Shown: positions 38,477-53,038 of the stretch, in pieces
Layout of the letters: every line of letters starts with the position of its first letter
Position numbering within the stretch: position 1 is the first letter of the stretch
Source of the DNA: Lepidodermella squamata
Lineage: Eukaryota > Animalia > Gastrotricha
Length of the DNA stretch: 64,000 bases
Assembly (NCBI GenBank): GCA_047495785.1
Contig: JBLDXI010000025.1
Location: 682,001-746,000 of the forward strand
Direction: 5' to 3'
Translations under genes and position numbers: made by a program
The notes under the pieces: generated by a model
Told to the model about the DNA's origin: nothing
Databases searched by the model: none
Seen by the model: only the letters and a program-made list of their open reading frames with translations

Positions 38477-39758
38477 AATAAACCTTCCTTATTGTTCATG
38501 AACAAGGTGTCAAACCCGAAAACAAGGGGACAATTCAAACTAGTACGTGGAATCTATTCGTAAAAAGTTCAATCAGCGTATCAATCAGCGTATTATGAAT
38601 ATCAAAAATATGGAAGAGCCCAAGTTGTTCGCGACCACCTGATATGCCCGAACCCGGCGGGGATGCAATGTTTTGCCTGCTCGGGTTGCTTTGAACTTCA
38701 AATTCTGCCAATCCGCAACCTGTAATTCGAATTTTAATTTCTAGGGCTTCATGAACCTGAATGCTGTCATTTGAGGGATGCATTGTTGGAAGCGAACGCG
38801 ATTTCTTGTTGTCTCCTGTCTGCAATTTCCCCCCGATTGGACTTAGAAGAACTGATGTGTCGGGGATGAAATGTCGCGGCTGAAACTCGCACCGAATTTT
38901 CGCGAACACTGGAATTTCTTGTAAGTTTTCTCTACTCTAAGCAAGCATGCTTCGCACATCTTGAGAGAGCGTGCAATTCAACGGATACGATCTCTCTCCT
39001 CGTAGCGAAGAGATCAAAAGTCACGATTTGAACCCCCAGCATTGCGCTCTTGCGTCAATTTGCGGTGTTCGACCTGCATTACTGAGACAAAAATACGTCT
39101 GGTTATAAATAACTGAATGCTGATCAAAATTTTTATAAAAAGCGGACATTCTTATGTCCAACCCGCCCATCCTTAGGTGATCGTGTCAGTATCAAGATGA
39201 GGGTAGTATAAAACCGATTTCAGCTTTTATTCCTGTAAACTCCAACTTCGAAATTCGGCTTTAAATGATGAATATAAAACTAAAGTGCGCTTGTTTAGGC
39301 AGCGACGTATACATATTTCTCGCGAATAGCCTGTGTGGAACCCCATGGGTGCCAGATGTTAGGATCATTCATCAGCTGCTTGAGGGGCGAGTTTCGAATC
39401 GAGCAACAATATATATGTCCTGGTTCCAAGTCACTTCAAAGAGCTCTGGTGAAGTTACTATGACAAATTTTCGCCTCAAATTTTGTACGCTGAAAAGTTT
39501 ATTGAATACATAGCAGCCGACTCCTTGAAATAGCCACTATATTGCTAATTTGTCTCGGAAATATAGCGCGTCATATTATCGGTTCAATTAAATATGAATT
39601 TTACTTGTTCTAATTTCTTCGGTAACAGCAGCGATTTGCGCTTAGGCTAGTGAGGTTCCTCCTTCAATTTTGCTCTTCACGATCCTTCTCGAATTTGCAA
39701 TTTCTAATTTATGAACTCTAAATTATATTACTTAGGTTTCACTGTCCATAAATCTGTA

Positions 39759-42387
39759 ATGAAACACGTTGGCTTTTTGTTCGTGGGTCTTCTCCTCGAA
39801 CTGGCCATGGGCTATGAATACAACTCAACAATGCCACTCCCTCCAGTCATGATGGCGCGAAACGCAAATCTGACCAAGCCTCGTTTGGTGATTCCGTTTT
39901 TTGTCGAATTCTACCAGGCAACGATGATGTACGTGCCCCTGCAGACTCAGCTCATTCTCGACACTATCAAGCCGATAACTCCTTATCTGAACGATTTTGA
40001 ACTCGAAGTTAACTTGTACGATACATTCTGCGATGACTTGGCGACAGTCGAAACTACGATGAATATATTGGAAAATGGAACGCGTAATCTTCCTCTACTT
40101 TCAAGCTACGCTTGTTCGATGATGGGCCAAAGAGTTTATGCTGAAGTGGTGAATCACTACAACTACGTAGCTACTGGATTGCTCGATGTTGTCAACGACG
40201 CAATCGTTGACAGACAACGTTTCCGCAATTACTTCACGCTTGGAGCTACGATTGAGGATATGCAAATGACGTTGATTAAATTCTTGAAAAGCCAAAATTG
40301 GACAAGGGTTGCTATGTTCGGCGAAGACCAACTGATTTACTATAAAGAGGTACTATTGAAAACTCCTATAAATTGTTAGCCAGACATTCAAAAAGCTCGA
40401 CGCTCAAGTCCATGGGCAGTTTTTAGATTTATAGGTCTGAACTCCGAAAACTAACTGCAGAATTCAACTTAGAGGTGGTATTATACTTAATGGTTTGGTT
40501 AGTAAACGGGGTCAGAGGAGATAATATTTCCAAATCAGTAATTGTTGACAATTTTCAATTTTTTTTTATTTTCCTACGCTTAAGTGGAACCGCGTGTTGC
40601 TGCAAAAGTTCTCGCACGAAAAAATTGACCTGATTTGGTTTGAACAAGTTCCCTACCTTCGAGACTACAATGACGACGATTGGCAGCATGCTATGGATAG
40701 TTTGATCGCAGTTGACCCAAGAGTCATCATCTTCAACGGCGAATCTGGCTATGCCCCGCTATGTTGGTTCACCAGGTACAACATGTATGGGCCCAACTAT
40801 GCTTATATCCTCATACACTGGGTTGATGTTAATACTGATATGATAATAATTCCTGATAATATAAAAGACTGGTGTACAGTCGAAATGATACGATTGTCAT
40901 TGAACAGCACTTTCATCTATGGCGAAACTGGGAAAGCGGCTTTGTTTCCGAACCAACCCGACGATTTGAACCTGACTGGAAACGGCATGGAAGTTGAGCT
41001 TCTTAGGATTCAAGACATAGAAAACATCGCATGGATGCACAACAAATATTCATTCTACGAAGTTCTCCTTTTCGGTATCAAGATGCTAAATGAAGCTGAG
41101 AGAGTGCTGCGAAAAAAGGGGGATTCTTTGATAAAATGGTCAGTTGGCTCAGAGAATTTCAAGAAAAACGGCGATCAAATCGTCAAGGTGATGAAAGATG
41201 CAATTTACAACATCAGAGTCGTTGGTCTGAGGGGCGATTATCAATTTTACAGGAACACTAGTTTGAATACTGGCGGCGGGACACCGATCCCGATTTTTCA
41301 GTGTCTCGCCGATCCCCTAAGCCTCCGGATAGATAGGCCAGTTGTTTTTGATGGATTCCGACTTGGTCCAAATGAGATCGCCTGGCAAGATGGCCATCGT
41401 CCCTTCGATCGAGTGCAGATAAACAAGAGGCGAATCAGAAATTATAGCATTGAAGCTGTTATCTTCCTGGCCGTCAGCGGAGCTGTGATGATTCTGGTGA
41501 TTTTCGGGATAGTCGCCGCGATAAAACTGAAACTCTCATTGGAAAAATGGATTCTTGTCTTTGGAGCAATTATTGCCAACAGCTCGATCTTACTTCTCGC
41601 CCTTCTTGACACAGCCCCAGTAGATTTGCACTGCTCGATAGTGGCTGCGTTATTCGCATGTGGTATATCACTTTGTCTGATTGGAACTTGGTTAGTTTTG
41701 GAAAAGCAGCTCAAGCATTTGTTCAAATTCTCACGCCGAATAAGGAGCAGTCAACGAGTCAGCCAGCCGACTCGATCTCAAGCAACAATTTCTGTTACGA
41801 TTGCTTCTAGTGGAAAGAGGCGCAGTCGCTTTAGCTCGACTACTGCCCAAGCTCCACCCACTCTGCTCACAATCGCGCTTACCAATGTTCACCATGTAAG
41901 TGTAGCTGCTGCAATTTCCGGGACGGTTATTTTAGCCGTATTCCTGGTCATTTCCACGCCGTTCGAGGTTTCGGTTGACGAGGCAGACATCCATAAGACG
42001 TTTGGCAAGCGGCAAATTGAGCTTTCGTCCCAGGTTAGATGCGAGTTGGCTCTCGATACCTTCCCCTCAGCTGTAATTGGCCTGGCACTTGGAATTGATC
42101 TGATGGTTATTCTCAAGTCAGCTTTGCTTTCATACCAAATTGTTTCGATCAAGAAAGAAAGCAAATCGATTTTGAAATCACAACGAGGTAGAATGCTAGC
42201 ATCCGAGATGCCAAAAGATAGCGTTGCCGTTTTCATTTACTTCATTACTCTGATCTTCGCCTCCGTTTTGCTGGTTCTCATGATTGGGCAATTTGCTGCT
42301 TATGTATTCTCGGCGACGTCGATGCTGTTCGCTTTTGCTGTCTGTTTTTTATTGCTACGCAAAGAAATTGATCTCCGCAATATTTGA
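39759..42387 (+). CDS. GABA-B-like GPCR copy B2 (exons 39759-40349, 40585-42387)
   Basis: Paralog of B1 with the same intron position; open frame. Confidence 0.85.
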
Positions 42388-42467
42388 CAGGGCGCCTACG
42401 AAATCTCCCCAGAATTTTCATCGAGCTGCTCTTTCTATGTATAACGCAATATATATCTTTTCACAGA

Positions 42468-43722
42468 GAGGGCTGTGATCGTACGTAAATAAGAGTTATA
42501 GCAGCACTATAGCAAATTTATAGTGCGACACAGAAAAAAATCGTAGTATATCACTCATTATCGTGCTAAATTTTATTACTTGAGCTGCCTGAATTATATG
42601 TGGCATTGCAAAACATTTCCCCATTTGCTATCTTCTTCAGTACCTGTTGCACGTGGGTGTGTAGTGTTCTGGAGTATGATTCGACTCTTTTAGGAGCTTC
42701 AGCTGAGCATTTAAGAATAGTGAATTGCAATCAGAATTTAATTATATTCATCTTTTCCAAATCAGCCTGGCCAGCCAGTCTTTTATCATCCCGCCTCTTC
42801 CTTTTGCCACATCTTCCGTAGCCCAATCATTTGTTAGTTTAATGAATTGATGGAAAACTTTCTAGGAGAATGAGAATAATTAACGCCCTTGATAAAAATC
42901 TGGAAAACTATCAAAAAGGCATGAAAACACGCGATGTTTGAAGCAATTGAGTGAAAAAATACAAATTGATGGAATTATTAGAACTGTCAGAACTGTCAGA
43001 ACTGTCGGAACTGAAAGAATTGAAATAATAGAAGCAAGCGGCGCAGTAGATAAAATATTGATTTTCATTTTTTCATCGAAACAATTTCAAAAAAAATTCA
43101 CCCACGCTTTTTATCAATGAAATTTCGCTAAGTTTCGCATAAAAACTGGCGCATAGCCCCGGCGTCGCAAAAGCGCTTTTGCGTCCTCATCTTAGCTCTC
43201 CTCTTCAGTGAAATTTCCTTCCGCAAATACAAAATTTCGTCAAATCTTGGTAGTGTTCGCAACACAATTATCATCCCCAGATGAAATTGAGAAAGTAGTT
43301 TTTTTTGAAAATAACGAATCGGACCTGTTAAAAATCCACGGGTTATTATGAGTTACGCAGACTTGATAGGCAGTTTTACACCTGCGTGCTCAATGCTATA
43401 CTTTTGCGCCTTGCTCGAAAGAAGGTAATGAAACGAAAACTATGAACGAGATGAATGGTATAGAAAATTAAAATACGCAAAACGAAAGCTACAAGTGGCA
43501 GTAATTTAGGTTAGCGCGAATGTCAGGTACTATTGCATTATAATGCATGTCTGACATTATTGGGGATATGTTTTAAAAGAAACGCGATTGTTTGTATGTG
43601 GTCGATTAAGACAGGCGATGATATAAAAGCGTCGATAAATCATTAGGTTTATGTGCTATATAAAAAATATAAATCTCACTATAAATTTATGATACTGTTA
43701 TTTTTTTTCGATCACAGCCCCC
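42468..43722. mobile_element. 1.25 kb non-autonomous TIR element, PIF/Harbinger-like
   Basis: GAGGGCTGTGATCG...CGATCACAGCCCCC plus inner inverted AAATTTATAGTG/CACTATAAATTT; AGA on both flanks. Confidence 0.65.
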
Positions 43723-44455
43723 AGAAGCTCGTTCCATAATAGTTGCGGCATCCATTTATTTGTATACTGAATTGTAGGATCGCAAAATGTACATTTTACT
43801 AAATATGTTTTGAATAGGTATCAAGTTTCTTTCAGAGAATTCGAAACATTTTGTCCTTGTAAGAGCACATTTTCTCATTGCACTCAATTATTCTCAATTA
43901 GCAAGTATGCTATCCGCAGGTAAAATCGCTGGTAAATAAACTTTACAAAACTGAACCAGCGAATAAATATCAATTTTTTTGACCTAAAAGATCTCATCTA
44001 TAACAAATCCATGGTATTTGCGACTATGGCAGATGAGGAAATTGCTGCCTTTTCACGGATTCCCTCGGAAGTATATGCTGCTTCTAGGTGACCGATTTTT
44101 TGTCCGCCTTCAAGAGGCTATTGAATTGGGTTACAAAGAGCTAAAGTATTGGAAATGGGTGGATCAAAAGGATGTTTTGAGACAGACTACTATAGTGATT
44201 TATTAAATTTCAGGTATATTTCTGAATGGTTCATATTTGAAAGCTGATTTTCAAAGCTACCAGGTGGTTTCAAGACAAAATTGCAGGGTTGCGAAATTTA
44301 GCATTAAAGATCGATTCGGATCTTCAGCACATCCTCGCAAATCGGTGCGATTAACGGAAAATGACGAGAAATGACACGCAAATTGTTAAACATAGAAAGC
44401 TCTTATTATTTCCTGCACTATTTTGGATTCACGGTCGAAACACTCCATATAAAGC

Positions 44456-46951
44456 TCATGGTGAAACGTTGCTGAGAAACACAGGTAATATGTCAAGCAA
44501 ACCGATGCCTACGACGACAATTACCAGGCATATCCCTGACACCGCTGCAGCTACATTCACCGCATTGTCTGCAAAGAACAACCAGGAGACGAGCCCCCCA
44601 GCTATCACGATGAGACCAGAAGAACAACCGATAACGCGAGATAAAGTGAACTTAGTGTCTCCTTGTGACTTCACACCGTTCAACCGGTAGGCCGTAATGA
44701 CCGTTCGCAGATACAAAATGGCGTAGAACCCAAACAAAATTGCAGGAATAGCAATGTTAATAGTATCGAGTTTCGAAAAGGTGCAGCTCTTCACAAAATA
44801 CTGAAAACTTAAGCTGCGATCGTAGCTGGCTTGCTCAGCACGAGTCATGAAGTTGTCTACCTTCAAGGGGGAGATTGCGAGCCAAATCGACAGCAAAGCC
44901 GATTGGACGAAAGTATAACCTGCAATGACTGCCAATATACGACCTTGCGACTCTTCCAGCTTTTTCAAATCAAGATGCTTTGTTTTCGTTAATGTATTTG
45001 TAGACGTGAAACTCGAGCTACCCGGCAGCAAATATTCCTTAAGAATCACTGCTTTAGATGCAAAATGAAGCGTTGCGAAGACTGAGCTTGCCGAAAGAGA
45101 TAATCCTATGACGATTAGAAAAGCTGAAGCATAGCAAAGCTCAACTAGAACAGTACTCTCAACCGGTAGAATCAAAACTGCTACCGTAAGGAAACCTCTT
45201 CCGCACGCAGCCGAAGTGTAGGAAAGATCCGAAGTCTTCTTTTTCTTAAAGTAAATCACGAAGAAGAACTCGATGACTAGAAGTATTCCTGCAATTGATT
45301 TTACGATGACATTTGAGGCAACATCGAATAAGGGTTCCTGCAGTAGCATCTGAACCGGAGAGTCGTAAGGAGCCAGCCCATTCCAAGTCCTCCAAACAAT
45401 ATGATTCGGTCCGAAATTGATTCTGCCATCACTAGAACTGTCATGAATTCCAACTGGAACCGCGATGAGTTCATTGCAGAATTTACACTTTGGTTGAGTC
45501 TGAAAAATTCCAGTTTTACCTTGCCTTGAATTCATACCGTAACGTATCAAATCTGTACCAATAGACTCGAAACGCAGTGATTCGAGGACATTCTTGAACA
45601 ACAAACGGATGAAGGAGCTATTTTTTCTGAAGTTTTCGCTGTTCGTGGTCCAGATAAGGAGGCTTTCGTTTCGAGATCTAAGAATTTCTTCGACTCGTTC
45701 CATAGCCATCAGCGCAACTACTTGTTGATTGTAGCAGACGCTCCTCACAGCGAACCACATGAGACTATTTCTTTCCGGATTGTCAATAGTATCCCGCATC
45801 ATTTTGTCGAACATAGCCCCGGAAACCCCAAAAACATCTGTCTCATTGGGCTTGAACTTCAAGGGAGGCGCATAATAAAATGGGAAAATGCTAGCTTGGA
45901 CATCACGGAGCATACTATCAGTGCAATTCTCCGAGCGCATCACCGTGTCTTGTTCAAAATAGCCACCACCGTATATGAGGAACACGTATTCAGGGCCGAA
46001 AGTGCCGCGCGTGTGAAGGTAGCATGCAGTGATAGACACGAGATTAGAAATCACTATAATGATACGAGCTCCACTTTTTACGATTTCATCGACAGCGAAG
46101 TTGAAGAATTCAGGAGCCGGTAAATTTGGGAAGTCTGGCCATAGAAGCTTCGTACGCCCTCTCATGGTGATGTTGAATCGGTCCAGATATTCGAACAGAT
46201 CAGTTTCATACTGAAATTCAAAAGAAAATTACAGGGTATATTCAAATATCAAATAGGAATTATCTATGGGATCCCTGAGAATCTTCAGGACCTTTGCCAA
46301 TATTTACATCTCCGAATTCCCATGGTCGATTCGGATGTTCTAACTTACCGTAGCCCAAATAGGAATGCCATCTGTAAGCAGAAATACTTCGTCCCAACCT
46401 TGACTTGCCACAAACGCCACCATTGCCTGTATCATAATTTCGAGCGAGGGCACCGTAACAAAGAAAGACTCGTATAGGCTGCGATCTGTATAGTGCCGCT
46501 TGTTGACACTCAACTCAGACACAGCGGTTAAGCCGTAGAACGGCAGCAGGGCTCCAATCTGCGAATTTCCGTCGCAATTTGGTCCGACCATAAGCGGAAC
46601 GGCGTTGAATTCGCCACTACGTGATTTTTCGAAAATGTCCACGTTCAGTCGAACTGCAGTAGCAAAGTCGCATTGATCGTCGAGGAATTTAATGACGAAG
46701 TCGTATTTGTCCAAAATATGGGGTTGACGAGCTCCTTCAAGAGCGAGCTTGATGCCTTGGGTGCACACTGGGCCCATGCCAAGAAAACCGCTGAAGAACG
46801 TCGTGGCCAACATGGCAATTTCATGCCTTGCCTTGTTAGATGATTGATCATGAGCTAATCTGATCTCCGCCGGCACAGGTGAGCCGTTTGGTATCTTGGC
46901 CGTGAAAACGACAGAGAACTTGAGAAAGACTACCATGTAGCGAATGATCAT
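44456..46951 (-). CDS. GABA-B-like GPCR copy C1 (exons 46951-46349, 46210-44456)
   Basis: Signal peptide; DDQCD, VGPNC, DRSLYESFFVTVPS, GWDEV VFT motifs; IVWRTWNGLAPYD linker; 7 TM; in-frame splice. Confidence 0.85.
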
Positions 46952-47586
46952 GTCTGTTTTATTTTAGAATAACCGTGAACGGATGTTCGATACAAGCTAT
47001 ATGATTTTTGCTCACGATGAGGTTGGCATTGCAAGGACGCAAGTTATTGATCTTCTAAAGGCTCGTACACGCGTGCGAAAGACCTGACAGGTTGCAGTTC
47101 GTAGCTGTTTGCTACCAAATAATTAGCTCTATCAGAAAATTGTCTGTGTGCTATAAGCCTTGCGTCATCCAAGTTCGACGACGTCTTTTTCAAGAATATA
47201 GAGATTTTGGAGAGCTGGCAGCAGCAGTTCCCTTTGAAGAATTACAACTACCTATATAAGTGGCTCGAGATAAGCCTTTCCCTTGCTTCCCCCTTCTCTC
47301 ATTCAATCCTGCATCATTGAACCTTAGTTGCTAGAATTCAACGGCGCTTGAGTGTTAGCAGCCAATAAAATTAATGATATATAATCTCTGTTATTTCCTA
47401 ATTGGCAAACAGTTCCGCCGATTCAACAACGATTTTATTGCAATCGATACATAAGTAATTATTACTAGAAACAGCACGCTGTAACTATAAACGTGAAACC
47501 CATATAACCAAAAACGCTAGGCAGTTAGTAACCGTTGAAGCATGCGGAGTTTGTAGAAATAACATGCTAACGTCTTGTTCCTTTTT

Positions 47587-50500
47587 TCAGCCGTCGTGAT
47601 TTTTGCCAATACAAGGTAGAATGTTAAGCATTAATGTGCCAAAAGCTACTGTTATAAGGGACATAGCTGATGTCGCTATTGCAATGCTAACCGAACTCCC
47701 ACCGAAAAATAACCATGAAACAAGCCCGCCAGCAATTACGATCAAGCCATTAGAGCATCCAACAATTCGAGATGAGCTGAACCTAGTGTCGCCGCGTGGT
47801 TTGACCCCTCGCAGTCGGTAGGCCGTTATAACAGAACGCAAGTACAAAATGGCGTAAAAGCCAAACAAAACAGCAGGAAAAGCAGTGTTAGCCTGTGCTA
47901 GTTCCGAAAACGTACAGTTTCCAACAAAGTACTGAAACTTTAAGCTGCGATCGTAACTAGCTTGTTCGAGGCGAGTAAAGAAAGTTCCGATCTTCATCGG
48001 CGAGATCGCAAACCAAATTGACAAAATCTTAACTTGGCTCAAGGTGTAACCAACAATACAGGTCAAAACGCGTGACTTCGAGCTCGCGAGCTTTTTCATA
48101 TCGATCCGCTTGTGAGGCGAGGTCGTGGCTGTAGCTTTTAACAACTGCACAGCTGTACTTCTCAATCGATATGTCGATCGATTTCGTACCACGGCTCTCG
48201 AAACAAAGTGGAGCTTAGCGCAACTCGAGATTGCTACAACAGATAGTCCGATAGCGATTAAAAATGAGATGACGTAACAAAGCTCGACAGATACCGCATC
48301 GGAGGCAGAAAATATCAAAACTGCAACCATGAGAAAGCTTCTCCCGCATGAGGCTGAGATGTAGCAAATATCAACGCCCATCTTCTTTATGTAGTAAACC
48401 AAGAATACGAGCTCAATCGAAAGGAGCAATCCCGCTAGAGATTTCGTAACCGCGTTCGAGGTGGTACTGAAAATAGTTTCTCGTACCAAAATTTGCATGG
48501 GAGAATCAAGAGGAGGTCGGCCATTCCACGTTCTCCAAATCATGGGACTGCCTTGATGGGTCCCCTACAGAGCAGCAGGCTTCAAAGCAGGATAATCTCA
48601 AAAAGCGGTGCAAACGCCACGCAACAATAAATCGAATTAATTGCGATAAAATTCGGCGTAGTTTTCTGAATATGGACTCATCATAACTTTAGTAGTCCGG
48701 CTTATGAATTTTGAAAAAATTTCGAAAAACGACTTTTTCGACCAAAGTGAGGTCTGAGTTACATTACGGAGTTTTGATGACTTATGTTCCTCAATTTTTG
48801 GTGTGAAAAGCTAGGTTAGCTGACCATCATGTTAGTCCATTGGTTGAAAATCAGAGGCTAAGCCTGAGCGCCTGCTGAGAGGACTGTTTAGTGCGTTTTC
48901 CCTGCTTTGAAGCCTGCTGCTCTGTGGGGGACCCGCCTTGATAGTCGATTCTCCCATTATAACTGTCATGTATTCCAACAGGGACGGCAGCGTAATCTTC
49001 GCAAGATTTGCATTTCAATTGATTTTGAAAAATTCCAGTTTTCCCGTGTCTCGAATTCAAGCCGTAGTGAATCAAATCTGTACCCATAGATTTGAAGCGC
49101 AGCGACTCTAGGACGCGTGTGAACAGAAGCCTGATGTAGGAATTGTTATTTCTAAAGTTATCGCTGCCAGTCGTCCAGTTGAGAACGCTTTGGCCTTGGG
49201 ATCTTAGAATTTCATCAACCTTTTCCATCGCCAGCATTGCGACCACTTGCTGGTTATAGCAAACGTTTCTGAAGGCGAACCACATGAAGCTGTTGCTCGT
49301 TGGGTTTTCAATGGTTTCTTTCAGAGTATTGTCAAATTCCGTCCCTGAAATGCCAAAAATGTCTGTTTCGTTCGGTGTGAATTTGTACGGTGCAGCGTAG
49401 TAGAAGAGAAAAACACTTGACTGAACATCCCGCAGCATGTCATCCGTGCAACCTTCTGTGCGTAACTCAGCGTCTTGTTCAAAATAGCCTCCGCCATATA
49501 CAAGGAAAGCGTATTCGGGGCCATAAATGCCACGCTGATGCAAGTAGCAAGCAATGAGGGACACTACGTTGGAGATTATTACTACGATACGGGCTTCACT
49601 TTTTGCTATCTCACTAGCGACGTAGTCGAATAATTCGGGCGGCGGCAAATTGGGGAAAGCTGGCCACAGCAGCTTTGTCCTGCCTCTTACGGTCACGTTG
49701 AATCGATCGAGATATTCGAATAGATCGTTTTCATACTGAAAATTAAATGAAGAGATTGGAGAGAAGGTTTAGGGCTTGTTTGATAAAAATAAATAAAAAT
49801 CTTAGCCATGCTCACATGGTACCTATTCCAGCGCCTTTCCGGGATGCAAGAGAACTAAGGTCCTGGCTATAGATCAAGGCCATCAGCCTTTCACGATTAT
49901 GGGGATGATGAGGGAGGAGGGAAAGGGGCATGGCTCATAGTTCAGTGTTAGCTCAAGGATCCTGGAGCTACAGTGATAGATAAAAACCTTATTGATGGAA
50001 ATTACTTGTAGTTTGAACCAAAACGCGAGCGATGCGAGAATATTTTGAAGATTTGTCTTTAATGTACTTCCAAACCTCTAAAAAACTATGATATCAACCA
50101 GTCATCAACCAGCGAAAACCAGCGAAATTACTCAAATATGTGAGTGAAGCGAGCTTTAGCTAGCGCTATTCCTCACAGATTCCACCTGAAAATATTGTTA
50201 AAATGATTCCAAATGACCCTTGTCCATGACTTTCTTTTGCAATGTGATACTTTTTCTGCGACTTTCAAACTTCTATGTGGCCCTAATCCCTATTCCAAGC
50301 CATCTGCGATTCCACAAATATTAGCGACCCAACTTCTAATAAATTTCAAGGTGTAACGTATTCTCATCAAACTATAACAAGATTCTTTCAGGAATCGCAG
50401 CAACTCGCGAGCAAAGCGGTTCTCATTTCATTTTCGCCTCAATTTCGCCTGAAAATGCTTTAAAATTTAACAAAAAAACATAGTTAACACCTTCCGTGAG

Positions 50501-51306
50501 TATTAAAACGCCTCCTAGTTTGAAAGACATCAATTTAAGAATTACGCAGTAGAAGTAAAGTTTAATTTTTTGGCAATTTTTACGGATGGTGGGGCCTCAA
50601 CAAACTCAAGCACAATGGAAGTCACTTCGTTTAGTTTCCACAATCAATTGACTTTTAAATATCTACATCAAATTCTGCACCAAGTTTGAAAACTCACCGC
50701 TGTCCAAACCGGTATGCTATCTGTGAGCAGAAATATATCATCCCATCCTTGGGCGGCAACAAATGCCACTATCGCCTGCATCATTGTTTCGAGCGACGGC
50801 AGCGTAACAAAGAACGACTCGTAATACCGGCGGTCGGTGAAGTGACGCTTGTTGATGCTTGTTTCGGATATTGACGTTAGTCCGTAGAACGGCATGAGGG
50901 CAGCAGTCTGTGAATTGCCGTCGCAGTTCGGTCCGACCATCAGTGGAACAGTATCAACATCGCCATTCAGCGCACTGTCGAAAAGTTGCAAGTTCAGCCG
51001 CATAGCGCTAGCGAAATCGCAACGATCGTCGATGATTTTCACAGTTACATCGTAAGCGTCCAAAATGCGAGATTTTCTAGCGCCTTGAAGAGCGATTTTG
51101 ATACCCTCGGAGCAGATAGCACCCAGGCCTAGCACGCCGCCGTATGATGTCGTCGTCATTAGCGTTAACTCGCTTCTTCTGCTATATCGCTCTTCGCCTG
51201 ATGAGTTGCGAGCCAGACGAATTTCCACAGGCGGAGACGATTCGAGAGGCAAACTTGCAGCGGAAATCGCTGTTATTCCGAGAAATATCGGGAGATAACA
51301 GATCAT
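47587..51306 (-). pseudogene. GABA-B-like GPCR copy C2, exon 2 interrupted by a MITE (segments 51306-50698, 49735-48935, 48549-47587)
   Basis: Paralog of C1; removing 48558-48934 plus one TSD restores RIDYQGSPMIWRTWNG in frame; no other lesions seen. Confidence 0.75.
48558..48934. mobile_element. 377 bp MITE, GG termini, 8 bp TSD (Merlin-like)
   Basis: 34 bp TIR GGGTCCCCTACAGAGCAGCAGGCTTCAAAGCAGG; perfect TSD GCCTTGAT at 48550-48557 and 48935-48942. Confidence 0.92.
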
Positions 51307-52707
51307 TGCCGACGTAGAAAATCTGAGTAGATGAGTCGTGAAAATTGAAGAGAGTTTTGCGACAGAAGAAAAGCCGTGGTTTGCACTGGCCTGCGAAAAA
51401 GCGCGCTTCATAAATGTAACCCGTGCGAAATTAACTAGGTCCAGTTTCCAGTTTCGCAATTATCTAAAAATTCAACAGCACGCGTTAATGTTTAATGTGT
51501 CAAAAGTGGGCGAAATCGGCAGTATCGAGAGCAAAAATTAGTTGGTGCGCGCAAGAAACTAGATTAAACTAGCTGTCTCCAGTTATCGCAGAGCAGGGTA
51601 AAACGTAAACCTTGCAACTAAATAATTTTTAATGACGAATGTTCATATTCTTAGGCAATTATCCACTGTAAATCGCGTCAATTAGGTCAGTTCGCAGTTT
51701 TGCATCAGTGAAAAAATGACAAGGCACGTAGTGCTTTGTAGGCAGACATTAATGATGGGAAGAATCGGTTCATTCTATGTACTAATTAGTTGTGTCAATA
51801 CGCTCGGGCTCTTCACCAGTTCAGGAAAAATAATTATCCACACGTATTGCTGATATTCTCTTGAAAGAGGTCTGAATTTAAGCGAACACTATCGGTGAAT
51901 TCGAAATACCGTATAATCACGACGATTGAGCACACAAGTCCTTAGGCCTAAGCTGGTACCGCGGGGTGTATGTGAATCAATTTCAGCATGCCTCGCATGG
52001 CTAATAGCTGTTAAATGAACATTTTAAGTTCGTGATTGAACAGGACTCTAACTGCATAACCTGGAAAGATGAGCGGCTGGTATGTAAAGAAACTCTACTA
52101 TTTCTCATCGTACTCCGATAACGTTTTCCGATAAAGGTGAGCTGTACAAAACAGTTTCAACTTCATCTAAATTTTTGAACCAGGCGGGTTCTTTGAATTT
52201 TCAAAATAACGAATCCGACGAACAATTCTTCTGCGACAATAGATTCAATGTTATATCGACAACCAAGACACAACGGAATGCCAAGACACCTTGAAACAGA
52301 CCATGCAAAACCAATGCTTTTAGCTGTGAAACTTCTTATGTTTTCGAGCGTTACGAAATCAATTCAACGCCTAATTGTTATCTTTGTACAATCATCAACT
52401 CGCTTGAGGCCCTGAACATCGATTGGGATCTAAAATCGATTACAAAATCGATAATAGTTGTTGTTGGACCCTGAAAATACCCTTTTAATGAATGTTCGAA
52501 AATCGGTGTTCAGAGTTCCGAGTACGCGGGTGGAGCGTGGGAAGAGGAAAACGACCGAGGTCCTACGAACAATTTGAATTTTGCGAAAAACGTAAACGAA
52601 AAAACGTGGAAATTCCAGGTTTGCTTCTGCGTGAATTTTCGCAGATCTACACTCTTGATACTGCCAATGGTTGCCGATTCATTAAATGTACACAGCCATA
52701 ATATTCA

Positions 52708-52868
52708 CAGTGCGCGAAGTAGGTGGGGAATTGGCGTATCGTACCCCCAATTCGCAAGGCCAAAGTTAAAAAAAAAACCCAAAGAAACTCAAGGAGCCAT
52801 TTGGTCATAATATTCGGGCCCGAAAACATCATCTAGTTCGAGGTTCGAGGATCCTACTTCGCGCACTG
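52708..52868. mobile_element. Small MITE
   Basis: CAGTGCGCGAAGTAGG ... CCTACTTCGCGCACTG inverted termini; TSD unclear. Confidence 0.55.
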
Positions 52869-53038
52869 ATCCTCACCCTGAAGTTTTCAGCAAGAATACG
52901 CCGCGCAGCCCGATCATATTCATTAAAATGAGTGCATATTCTTTCTAAATCTAACATAGACCAACATGATCGATTCAATTAAGATAATTATTATTTTTAA
53001 TCAGGATAGTTAGTATCTCTCGGCTCAGCGTAGATGTC

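Noticed and set aside
38535-38960. 124 aa minus-strand ORF with a nearby CEAC motif suggesting another NHR
   Set aside because: No FFRR or second zinc finger recoverable and no ATG start; cannot be supported
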